Below are positions 25,560 to 38,200 of a DNA stretch of 64,000 bases, piece after piece. The notes beneath the pieces were generated by a model that saw only the letters and a program-made list of their open reading frames with translations, ran no database searches and was not told the DNA's origin. Position 1 is the stretch's first letter. Each line of letters begins with the position of its first letter. Both the position numbers and the translations under genes were made by a program. The stretch is from Octopus vulgaris (taxonomy: Eukaryota). The stretch is from NCBI GenBank assembly GCA_951406725.2, contig OX597816.1, positions 126,356,001 through 126,420,000 on the forward strand, read 5' to 3'.

Positions 25560-26340
25560 ATTTAACATTCTGAACCAATCAGCAAACTTTTGTGTTTCCC
25601 ATGGGTTCACTCTAATGTTAGCATGAAGCAAGCTTTTCATAAGCACACATCATCCTTTCACCTCATCTGTCTATTCTTCATACATCAGGAGATAGTCCTA
25701 TGCTCTTCTTGTCCAACATCCACAGGTTTTCCATGCTCAGCACCCATCTCTCACCATAATACAACATCACACCTCTTACAAATGCTTTATATAGTCTGAG
25801 TCTTTAAGGAGAGAGAAATCTTTTTACCAATAGAGGCAATAAGTTCCTGAATTAATTCCAAATCTTCTTTCCTTCTGGCTACACTTCTTTCACTGCAATT
25901 ATCACAAATTAGTGCTGGATATACTCTCTTCAATGTCTACCCTGCTACCTCTACAAATTATCTGGACTACCTGAACCCTATCTTTTCTCTCAATCTACTA
26001 GAGATTCTATGGCATATCTTGTGAGACCCCTATTTACAATGACTACACAGTTCATAACTGTTTCTTACATAAACAGTTAGATCACCTATCAGAGGATTCT
26101 ACAAATATTTTCCTTTTCTGATTATCACATAAAACTACTGTCTTTTGGACCATACTATTAAGATAAATTTCTTAGCCCTTCATCAGATTCTTCTCAAAGA
26201 TAGCCAGTGTATTTCCTTAAATATATTATAACAGATAAATGGAAGGTAAATAGAGCCCTTGTAATCATCCGCCTGAACAATAAATTTCTTGCTAAAGCTT
26301 TCAAGATTCTTATACATGGTTTCAACAACTCCTATAACCC
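25560..26340 (-). mobile_element. Old RTE-like LINE remnant
   Basis: Minus strand VMLYYGERWVLSMENLWMLD resembles the RTE motif LYGSETW; boundaries approximate. Confidence 0.4.
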
Positions 26341-26606
26341 ATCCTTTTAAAAGTATATTTTGTTATGTCCCCCCAAGGTAAAGAGGGTGTGGGGAACTAT
26401 CAAAAATATTCTCCAAAAGAATGTATGCAAAAGTCTAATACCATTTCATCCTTCTTTAGAATCAACAGCACTGCATAACTTGAAGCAAATAAATTACACT
26501 AAATTAAATGTTTCATGAATTTGACAATTGTTGTAGAGAGAAAATAATTTATAGTTTAAAAGTCATCCTTTCAATGTTCTTTTCCTGTCTCTTCACAAAT
26601 TAATTG

Positions 26607-26642
<36 letters not shown>

Positions 26643-27690
26643 TATGAATTTTTTTGGTACAGGTTAGTAATACCAGGGCAAGTCTGTCTTGCAAAAAGTT
26701 CTTCCTCTAGTTGCAATTAATGTCTTCACTACAAACGAATTTCTGAAGCCTGTTTTAGTATTCTATTTCTGAGTGCCGATAAAGGTTTGATGCTGCTATT
26801 CCATATTGTTCTGTTCATTGTTATGAGTTAGAAGAGACATTCTTCATATTCATATTACCATTACTATCACTGCAAATTAAAATGGATATTTTAAGAAATC
26901 ACTGCTAGAGCAGTTTATGTATGTGTTGTAGCTCTGATGATCAGCTGTCATAAGAGAGATAATCCTTTCTAGATTAAGTTAAGATAAGTCTGAAAGTTTG
27001 AATTTTAAATCAAAGAGTAAAGTATATAGTGCACAGAATATACACATTTGTTACTTGATAGCTTACCATTTAATATTTAATAGTTTAGCATTTATTAGTT
27101 ATCTTGATTTTGCATTGTTATTCTTTTATTCTACTGTTTTTATGTTGGCATGTAATTTCATTAGACATTATGAAATTTTAAAAGCAGAAATTAACTAACA
27201 AAATGCTCACAAAAATTTCAATGTTTAATTTAAAATAGTGTATCAGCTAATTTATGGATTACAATAGAAAAATAAATATGGTTTAAAAGGCATTTGCTCT
27301 TCTTAATCATCTACAATTCATGGTTTCTTGAAGTATGTTATGAGCAGAAATTATGTGTGATTGCTTCAGGGAAGAAGTTTTTCTTCTTCCCTGATCCAGT
27401 TGGATGTGAACATACCTTTGCTCTGTGGCATATGCCATTAATTTGCTTGGACTGTTTTGATAATACATGTAATGATACAACACCTCTCCAAATATTGATT
27501 TTATCCCCAATTAAAATAGAAAACTAAATCAATATTTACTTCATCGTTTCTGGTGTAAAATAAAATTGATAGAGATAGATAAGCAGTTATTGATCCATGT
27601 TTTTATTGGATAACATTCTTGAACTTATTGTGTGGGTTTACTTTTCATAGCAAGGAAATATTTTGGCCCTTTAAAAATGCTCATACATAT

Positions 27691-28969
27691 ATCATCATCA
27701 TCATCATCATCATCGTTTAGCGTCCGCTTTCCATGCTAGCATGGGTTAGACAGGTCAACTGGGGTCTGTGAAGCTGGAAGGCTTCGTCAGGCCCAGTCAG
27801 ATCTGGCAGTGTTTCTACGGCTGGATGCCCTTCCTAACGCCAACCACTCCACGAGTGTAGTGGGTGTTTTTTACGTGCCACCTGCACAGGTGCCAGACAG
27901 AGCTGGCGAACGGCCACGAACGGATGGTGCTTTTACGTGTCACCGGCACGGGGCCAGGCGATGCTGGCAACGGACACGAACGGATGGTGCTTTTACGTGC
28001 CACCGACACGGGGCCAGACAGAGCTGGCAAACGGCCACGAACGGACGGTGCTTTTACGTGTCACCGGCACGGGGACCAGCCGAGGCTGGCAACGGACGCG
28101 AACGGATGGTGCTTTTACGTGCCACCGACACGGTTGCCAGACAGAGCTGGCAAACGGCAACGAGCGGACGGTGCTTTTACGTGTCACCGGCACGGGGGCC
28201 AGCCAAGGCTGGCAATGGACACGAACGGATGGTGCTTTTACGTGCCACCGACATGGGGCCAGACAGAGCTGGCAAACGGCCACGAACGGATGGTGCTTTT
28301 ACATGCCACCGACACAGGGCCAGACAAAGCTGGCAAACGGCCACGAACGGACGGTGCTTTTACGTGTCACCGGCACGGGGCCAGGCGAGGCTGGCAACGA
28401 ACACAAATGGATGGTGCTTTTACGTGCCACCGACACGGGGCCAGGCAGAGCTGGCAAACGGCCAAGAGCGAATGGTGCTTTTACGTATCACCGGCACGGG
28501 TGCCAGACGAGGCTGACAGCGGACACGAACGGATGGGTCACTTAACCCCTGCTTTCTGATATATGATTTGATTTTGATTGTTCTCACTGGTTTTGCCGGG
28601 TCTTCTCACGTACAGCATACTTCCATAGGTCTCGGCCTCTGGTCATTTCCTTGGTGAGACCTAGAGTTCGAAGGTCGTGCTTCACCACCTCGACCCAGGT
28701 TTTCCTGGGTCTACCTCTTCCACAGGTCCCCTCAACTGCCAGGGTGTGGCACTTTTTCACACACCTATCTTCATCCATTCTCACCACATGACCATACCAG
28801 CGCAATCGTCTCTCTTGCACACAACATCTGATTCCTCTTAGGTCCAACTTTTCTCTCAAGGTACTTACACTCTGTCGACTATGAACACTGACATTACACA
28901 TCCAACGGAGCATACTAGCTTCATTTCTCGCGAGCTTACGCATGTCCTCAGCAGTCACGGCCCATGTTT
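27691..28969 (-). mobile_element. Young 5'-truncated RTE LINE (RT C-terminus, 3' UTR minisatellite, (GAT)n tail)
   Basis: ORF 28584-28958 with MLRWMC, RRLRWYGHVVRM, GRGRPRKTW; ends ...GGACGCTAAACGATGATGAT. Confidence 0.92.
27864..28537. repeat. GC-rich ~60-bp minisatellite, about 11 units, alternating A/B subtypes
   Basis: Core GGTGCTTTTACGTG recurs every 60-63 bp; GCCACCGACAC and GTCACCGGCAC units mostly alternate. Confidence 0.95.
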
Positions 28970-29414
28970 ATATATATATAATATGTAAATCACTACACTG
29001 CATTACTGCTCATACAACTGAAGTAGTTTATTCAATATACTCAAACACATTCTAGACTGTATCCCAAAACATCTATTGCCTTAGTAGCTAAACTTCCACT
29101 CATCAACATTAAGGGAAAAACTTAATTGAAGGCTTCCATCTTCTCTCTCAAACTAATTTATAAAGAAGCATAATGTTTATAAATAAATATCATATATCAT
29201 GAAAGTTTTATTTAATCTTTGAAGCCATAATAAAACATTATTTAATCACTAAAACATTTTTGCATTCTTTTTGTTTTTCAGCTTTCTAAAAGATATTAAG
29301 TTCTATTATGTAAATGAATTAAAACCTCATATTATTTTCAGTAATTCTTATTTTATTAGATGTTTAATTTAATGTATCATTTAAAGATAACAGATTAATA
29401 TTATGTGTGTGTGC

Positions 29415-29461
<47 letters not shown>

Positions 29462-29575
29462 ATATAATGTATGTGTGTGTATATAATATATATGTATAAA
29501 ATATATAAATAATGTTTCTATATATATATATATACATACACACACACAAACACATATATATATACATACACATAT

Positions 29576-29612
<37 letters not shown>

Positions 29613-30553
29613 CATATATATATCATGTGTATATGTATGTATCTTACAAATGCATATTTGAAAGCTTGTGTTTTCAGATTTAAAATAATTAACATAATTA
29701 ATGGGAGCAATAATATCTACGTTATGAAATGATTACATAATACATTTTGAAAATATATTTGAAATATGAAGCAGCTACAAAGTACATGTATTAAACACAA
29801 AAAACTAATTTCTTGAAGCGTTCTACTATGAAACAATACCAAATTTAATATAAAATGTTTTAATCAGATATGTTTGTGTAAAGAAATTTCTTATAAAAGA
29901 GTCAGTACTAAAAGGATTTGTTTCATAATAAAGATTAATATCTCCTAAGTCAGCTGCATTTTGGTTACATAAATTACATTTCTAAAGTAGTTCAAAAACA
30001 TAAAAAAGTTATTTAATTCTTGATCAGTAAAATGCTATTTTATAGCAGGTATTATTACATAAAATGAATCTAAATCAAAATGAATTACATAAGCATTTTG
30101 AAATTTCAAAAAATAATTTTCAGAAAAATTCATTGTAATTGTATTGATTTTGTATTTCTTTTCATTTGATTTTTATATATTTCAACGCTGTTTATCACAT
30201 TAAAACTAAATCCTAGAGTGAAGTCCACAAATTGGTAAGATATGGTTATTCTTAAAAGGCTTTGTAGCTGATTGAGAATAAAAACTAGACTTAATTCCTA
30301 CTTAAAATGGCTTATTAACTGAAACTGTATTAACAAAGAACATTTAATGAAAACTATCTCCTAAGTTTGCAAATCATGAACTCTGCATTGAAAATATTAA
30401 GGATTTGTCAATCTTTAAACTGCATTTAAGTGGAAAGCTTTTCCAATCATATGATAACGTCAAAGTTCTCAAATATATTTTATATGTGTATCAGAACATG
30501 AAATATCTTTGGAAATCACATATAGTATATAATGTTTGTTTTCCTGATAGATC

Positions 30554-31393
30554 TACAGGGTGTTCAGGCTAGATTTGACAGTTTGCATAAGAGAGAAAGG
30601 AAGCATAATATCCCATCTACAAATAGGAGTAAAAAAAAATTAAATATCAACTAGATTATAGCTGGGAGATAACAATTTACTCAATGTAGCTGCCCTCAGC
30701 TTCCACCATGACCTCAAGGCGACTCCAGAACCTGGGATATATATTCCTCACTATGTCCCTGGGAAGGTCTTTGAACACCTCCTTAATCTTGGCCACTAGC
30801 TTGAATTTGGTATTGCAGGCTGAGCAGATGGTGTCTTTGTCAGCTGTGCTCCATGCATAGTAATCCATGGAATTACAATTAGGGGAATTAAGAAGCTAGA
30901 AATTGGGGTTGGTGAAGTCGTAGAAATTCTCTGACAACTACTTGTGACCCTTTTCAGAGGTATGGCAAGAGGCCAAAGCCTGCTTCCACACTTATGACCT
31001 TTCAGCAATAACTTACACGAGTCAGGAATGACCACAGACTCTAGCAGCTTCACTTAACTAGCTGAATTAAGCCTAAAGACCTGTTCAAAGATGTGGGTAT
31101 GAACTCTTGTGTGTGGATACAGGCAGAACACCTACTGTGTACCTACCTGCTTTGTAGTCTCCATCACAGCAGTCATGATGTTGGCATTCTGAAACCTCAG
31201 AGCAAATCATCATGCTACGTATAACACTTTTCTAATATTTAAATGGCTTCTCGTCCTCCATATCATTTAACTTTTTCTCAACTACAACTTTAATCACTAT
31301 GCTCTCTATGCCATTGACTGTTCACCAACACATCAAACTGTTGCTGAAAAAAGAAGCACAAAAAATTGTCAGATTTATCCCAAACACTCTGTA
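30554..31393 (-). mobile_element. Deleted Tc1/mariner element (DD37D/maT-like C-terminus)
   Basis: TIRs TACAGGGTGTTCAGGCTAGATTTGACAGTTT / AAATTGTCAGATTTATCCCAAACACTCTGTA; peptide MDYYAWS...RFWSRLEVMVEAEGSYIE*. Confidence 0.8.
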
Positions 31394-33651
31394 TATGTGC
31401 AAAAATTGTTTGTCTTTTACAATCTAAATATCTTTATCAGAAGTGGAAGTGATTATATACTTGCACTAAATCCTAGTGACCATAATTGTGCTATCTAATC
31501 ATCTATTAATTACCTCTAATACATTGCAGATACTATGTTGGTAATATTGTTCATATGTCTTTTGTAACACATCAAAGTTATACCACAATAGCATATACAC
31601 ATAAGCTAACATAAGCTAATCTTTCTCTATAATGTATTTGTGCACAATCACAAAACATATTGCTTGCCTGAACTTACCTCTCCCTACAGCTACTTCTGTT
31701 TCTTTTCGCATTGCTATTACATTTTAGAAATCTTATAAATGTTTGCTTATAATTCTTATATTCTTTCTGGATCATTATGGACTCAAATGTAAAATATGTG
31801 AAGGGGACTTTCTGGAAGAATACAATTCTGGAGAGGCAGGATCTCCAAAATATTCTGTGTGAGGCACAATGATGTTGTGGGGAAAATTACTACATACATA
31901 TAGTTAACTTTGCACCATGTATGTGCTTAGTTGCTATTTGAATAGGAAGTATTTGTAGCTGAGAAAATGAATCCCAAACCTTATAGTGCAACCTTAGTTG
32001 TGGAATATATGTAGTCATTATGAAAAGTCATCAGAGCTAATAGGACCGAGTATTAGTAGTGAGTGTGAGAGATTTTTATGTTTTTCAGTGGCAGTATGTG
32101 TACAGTATTTATCCTTGTCATTATCATTATCAGCATTAACAGTGTCATTGTCATCTGTATCGTTATCCTCATCACCCTTTTGCTATCTGAAATATCACCA
32201 CTTGTCTGAATACTGTGTGTGTGGCTCAGTATATCTTCAGATCTAAACTTGCCACTTCATCCTATATCTTCTTTGGTCTTCTGCTGCCATAAGTACATTC
32301 CATAATCTGGTGATAGCCTTTTTTCCTATAATCCATCATCTATTTGCCCTACATTTTCAAAATATTGCAGTCCTTCAACATACATCAAATGATCTTTTTC
32401 ATGCTTGGTTTCTCATACAGCTACGGAGAGAGAGAAAGGGAGGGAGAGAGAGAGAAAGGGAGGGAGAGAGAGAGAGACTGACAGAGTGTGACATAAATTG
32501 ACAGCTTATTTATCACTAGGGATATATCGAGTTGCAATTAAGAATATTTTGTGTTTGGAATGGTGTATGTTGAGAAGCCAGCTGCCAAACAATACTAATT
32601 ATTAAGACTAACGAATTTTTTACTAAATGATTTGTTAAGGGGCTTACTACTTTTGTTAAAAACTACTACAAAAACTTGTAAATTTGTTCCCCAAAGCAAT
32701 CCTTGATTCTTGTTTATTTATGCTTATATATGATTCTTTCTGTCTATGTATTTGTGTGTGCTAAGATATTTTATGTGTGCTAAGATATTTTATGTAAAAA
32801 TGTGGACTATTTACTGAATAGAGTGGCATAGAAATAAAGTCTGAACAATCAAAAGTATTACCATACACATATATCAAAAGGGTTTGTTGTTTTAAGAAAG
32901 CATTGTATTTTAGCAAAAAGAAATATAAATTATTTGATATATTATAACTATATATATATATCTCCACATGTGAAATAAAAGAGATAGGCAAAGTTAAACT
33001 TTTGAAATTTGAACTTGGAACAGTGAGGTAACAAACTAGCATTTTTTTTTAGGACATTTTACCATCCTAATATTTAAATATTTAGATATGTTGATGGATG
33101 CATTTTGATTTGTTTTGAATGGAAGTTGAAAATATTGTCATTCAGAAAAACTAAGGCTGTCTTTTCTAAAGGTTAGAAAGTTCACAATATAAAGCATATT
33201 GATATAGAAATACTTTCATGTTTAAAATAATACTCTGACATATCTGCTATAAATTTACTCATCTCAATCATATTCAGATGTAAATACTGTCAGACAATAT
33301 GCATAAATATATTTATATATTGTTAAATATTTCAATAATAGTAGAATGTTTATTGGATTTAAGTACTTGATATTATCTAATGTCTGAATATATGACGAAA
33401 TTCTATAGATTTCAAAGCATATCTGTTATATGAAATGCTCTCATTAAAATCACTATGTGCATAATTTATATTAACATGCCATATGATATACAACTGTCTG
33501 GAAGCAATAGACTAAATATGTAAAAGATTGCTCATTCAAAAACTATAGCAAAATATTGAGAAAATAGTAATCTTGCTTCCAGAAAAACATTAAAATCTTT
33601 ATAAAAGTAATCCAGTTTGCTACCTTAAAGAAATCTAGACACAAACACACT

Positions 33652-33684
<33 letters not shown>

Positions 33685-33701
33685 ACACACACACACACAC
33701 A

Positions 33702-34200
33702 AATAGCTTTCCAGAAGTTTTGAGACTTGTTTTAAGAGAGGCAATTATAACTGTCTTACATCACTGTAATTTTAGTATATCACTGCTACACATCTAATTA
33801 GCTGACCTGCCAACATTCCAGATTGAAGGTTACAGCTGTATCAGCACTTTGAACACCTTTTGCTAAACACTGCTTGTCACAGCTGACTAGTTTGCAGAAT
33901 GGGATATGAAGACACTTTGGAAGCTCACTATACAAAAGACTTATGTGTTAAACAGCTACGGAGTGTTATGAAATGCTCCAGACTGCTTAGGAATTAATCT
34001 AGATTAACTGAGCATCTGTTTGTACTAGTATAAGAGGCCAGACAAAGCAAGTCCATGATCCCCTCTTTTAACAGCAAAGACATCATCTACAATCACTGGG
34101 TTCCCTCTGGCCAGACAGTCAACAAAGGGTACTTTGTAGAGATTTTGAGGGTGTTCAGGAAGAGATTGTTTTACAAAAGGAAGAGAACCTGCACCAGTAC
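33702..34200 (+). mobile_element. Mariner remnant
   Basis: KARQSKSM...IIYNHWVPSGQTVNKGYFVEILR is typical of mariner transposases. Confidence 0.7.
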
Positions 34201-34206
34201 ACAAAT

Positions 34207-34256
<50 letters not shown>

Positions 34257-34339
34257 ATTTGGGGATGGTAATGTTGCCAGTTTAGCCAATAAAACACGCG
34301 CACTGTATATTTGGTGTTAATTTGCTTCAGCTTTATTCT

Positions 34340-35250
34340 ATTTTTTACATTAATTGTATTTCGGCCAGAGTTTTTTCTTCACACTTCTGTGACCTCATTA
34401 GTGGTCCTTTGCTTTCTTCTTTATTTGTGTGTCTTTTCTTAGCAACGATCAGCTATTTTGCATTTTGTATTCCTATTGTATGTGTCACATACAATAGGAA
34501 TACAAAATTACTGGTACTGAGTATAACAGTATAGAGAATTTGTGTAGGGAGTAGAGGAGGAGGGGCAGTGGAAGGTGGGAGGTATGTGGTGTAAGTGTGT
34601 GTCTGTGGAGAGGTTAGTTTTCATGAAGTGAGATGATGAAGTGAAACTATATGGGGCCAAAGAATAAAGAGAGAAAATAAATTTCTGTTCTCAATGGAGG
34701 CAAGAGTCCGGGTGGCATCTGTGCAAGCCCAGTCCAAGCACTGATAGATGTTGTAGCGAATGACCAAGCAGAAGTGGTGCAAGACAGAGGTGTCATTACT
34801 GAGTCTGATGTGCCAGAGTTGTTCAGCAAACTGGTCAGCTGATGACAGCCAATTTGACTAATGTACAAGGAACAAAAGAGAGCAGAGGATACAACAGATT
34901 ATATTGCTGGAGGTACAGGTGAATGAATAAATGTTGTGGTAGTGGTAATGATGGGTGCTGGTGAGGATAGTGGTGCTGGAGAGTTCAGGGTAGGTGTGGC
35001 AATATGGGTGAGAGCAAGGGAAGGAGTCAGTTTGAATGCCAGGAGTGGGGAAGAAACTACAGACCTGAAGGTCATGTAGGTTATGCCTTGCATTTGAATG
35101 GGGTGATGAGGAAGATGTGGAAGAATAGTACATTGGAGGGCGAGGATGGATGGGTGGTAGGTGAGGAGAAAGGGAGGTGCATAAGGGGATGGGGGTGGAG
35201 AGAAGCAATTCAGAGAGAGGACGAGTTCAGCCAAATGGAAGAGGGTAGAT
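34340..35250 (-). mobile_element. Decayed PLE 3' half (GIY-YIG region) with degenerate hammerhead
   Basis: Minus strand LTYHP, SFTCTSSNIICCILCSL and LYISQIG (shifted frames); downstream CTAATGA-GGTCA...TGGCC-GAAA at 34348-34403. Confidence 0.7.
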
Positions 35251-38200
35251 GTTGAAGATCAGGACAAAGATTGAGGAAATATTTTAATGCTTGTGTGTGC
35301 ATGTAACAAAATTGGAATGTTCTGTAAATATTACTTGACAATATCATTGTTTTCTATCACAATTTCATTGATATGTGGTCCTGTCACATTTCCTTATGTC
35401 TAGCTTTTCAGAGATTAGTACTTGCTATGTTGGGTGGGAATTTGTTTCAGAATCTTACAATGCTGAAGGTGAATAAATTAATTAGACTTACTGAAATGAT
35501 CACTCTTTAGATCACCTTTTTTTTAAGATGAGACAGTTATGGACAAGAAAAGCATAATGTCTATGCATGTACACATGATAATCTAGCCAACTGAGCTGTA
35601 GCAGAACTTATTGTCTGGGTTAGTTCCCTCTGGCTCTTGCTTATCGAGGAGCTCCTTGTAAAAGAAAGTAGCCATCAGAAGAATTAATGTAAAACACTTA
35701 TGATATTTAAATTCTTGGGTAACTTTTGCTTTTAAGATTTGAATTGAGAGACAAATATTGTTGATGTAATATTTTGTTTTAAATCCTGTGGAGGTTAACT
35801 TGGCTTTTCATTTTTCTCATGTAATTGTAGTTCTAAACACATGTACTACCTGATACTCTTCAGTTGAATAAATCTTTTTCCTCTGAATTTGTGTAATTTT
35901 CCCTATGTTGGACATCAGTATACTCAAGATTTTCCTTTTTCTTTTTTAGGTAAGTTTTTCAACATTATGTTACAGACGGATTAAAACAAAGTTTATGTAA
36001 GTTGAGTTAAATATATTTTCATATTATTTCAAAATTTATTTTACATATATGTAGTACCCATGACTCTTCCTGAAAGTATTAAAATTTGATTAGTAATTTC
36101 ATATTTATTGGTAAAAGTAAATTTGAATGTTGAGAAACTGAAGGCTTATAAAAAATTTTCTTGCTTTAGTGCTTGAATTAACATAGTGGATACTAGCTAT
36201 AAAATCTGAAATATATTGTTTGCATACATCACACCCACGTACTGTTTTCTGGTTTCCATTAAGAAGTTTCTTTTAATACTGAGAAAGTGAAATGTAGTTC
36301 TATACTTTGAATCATTATGTAGATGAAGGCAGACTATCATAAAATTTTTAAATGATATATTTGCAAAATCCAACTTATATTTAGACGTAATATTTCACTT
36401 AAATCCATTTAATTCCTGCATACATTGATTAAACATAAAAAGTGGAAAGTTGTTATGAATTGATGATTTGTTAATATTGTTATTATTAATCACATTTAAG
36501 TTTACTTTGTATTTTATCTTTCTGAAATAGATAACATATGTACACATCAAATACTGGGATTGCTATAATATATTGTTCCCTTCCCAAAACATGTCATTGT
36601 GCCTGCATTAAATCTCAATATTAGTATTGTGAGGAAGGTGGCAGATTAATAGAACTGATACAATGGCAGGCAAAATAGCTAGCATTTAGTTGCAGCTCTA
36701 TACTTTTATATTATGAGTTCATGTTCCACTGAGATCAAGTTCATCTTTTTAGTGGTTGATAAAATGAGTACCAGTTAAATTCATCTAGTTTATTACACCT
36801 TTCCCCAAATTTAAAGTATTGTGTCTATATTAGAAATGATTTTTGTGGGAACAGTTATTGGGGAGGAATTGGTAAAGTATTGGACAAAATTCCACACACT
36901 ATTTAATACATACCATTATATTATGTATATAAACTCATCTTGGGTCAACTTTGAATTTCATTCTTTCAGGACTAATAAAATAGGTATCAATCAAGTATTG
37001 TAGTTGGTTTAATCAACTGCATCAACTCTCAGTGCTAAGGTTTGAAATCAATTCTATTATTGTGAGGTGAATTGGCAGACTTGTTAAAACATCAGACAAG
37101 ATAACTTGCATTTTGTAATATCCCTTTAAATTCTGTGTTCTAATCTTACAAAGTCTACTTCTCCTTTCATTTTTTCAGGGTTAATACATCCAGTACCAAT
37201 CAAGTACTGGGATCTTTTCCCAAAATTCTCTAGCTTTTGGCCTATGTAACAAATTATTTGTGGTGGCTGGAGGCAATGAGTAGCAGAATCAGTAGAACAC
37301 TGCACTGAGCAACATTTTCCCATTTCATTCTGTGATCAAATCCTGCAAAATTCAGTTTTAGCTTACATCGTAATCCCCTTGTTAAAAATAAGTATGACTA
37401 ATGTATTAGGTCTATAAATAATCATAATTCATATTTCAAGTGTTGTGGTCATGTACCAAAGTAAGAAATTACTATTAAGAGAAAAATGCAATGTAGGTAA
37501 GAAGAATGCATATAAAAGTTATTGTGATGCAACCTTTCAGGAATGTGCAGGTACATATAAGCAAATCAAACACAGTCTGTTAAATATTACCATGAGGTGC
37601 CTTTAGTAAAGTTCACTCCATTACTAACCTTTGGAAAAATGCTTGATTCCTATCCTGTTCATGTTTTTTCTGCAGATTTTGTCTGATTTTGGAACTCACC
37701 TTTATATATATTTAATGACATTTTTATTGAAGATGTTATAGAATGTAATCTAAGATTAGTTTGGCTTGCTTATGAGATAAAATATCATAAATTTAACTTG
37801 AATTGTCTTTTATCTGATATATATATATATATATTGTTATTAGTGGTACCATTGCCACTGCTATCATCATTGTCATAGCTTTAATACCTGTTTCCCATAC
37901 TATTAAATTACAGTTTTCTATGAAATTTAGGTCATATCAAAAAAGTTTTATTCTTGAATTCCCTTACTGGTATTAGAAACAGCTACATTTGTTACACAAA
38001 CAGTAATTTTTTCTGACAGCTGCAGAAGGTTTGCCATAGTATCATTAAACATTTTACAGGTTTTCTATAGACTATATACAATATTTTAACCATCACTACT
38101 TTCATGAATAAATTTACTAGATATATAAGATAGCTGTAAATGTCTATTATGTTTATATAATCTCAATGTGAGTCCAAATGGACAACACTGTTTCAGCTGT

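Noticed and set aside
27365-27393. 12-bp hairpin TCAGGGAAGAAG-TTTTT-CTTCTTCCCTGA
   Set aside because: Isolated, low-complexity, with no supporting context.
27809-28559. Three overlapping 200+ aa ORFs; CRISPR-like periodicity
   Set aside because: GC-rich minisatellite; the whole unit repeats, with no unique spacers and no cas genes.
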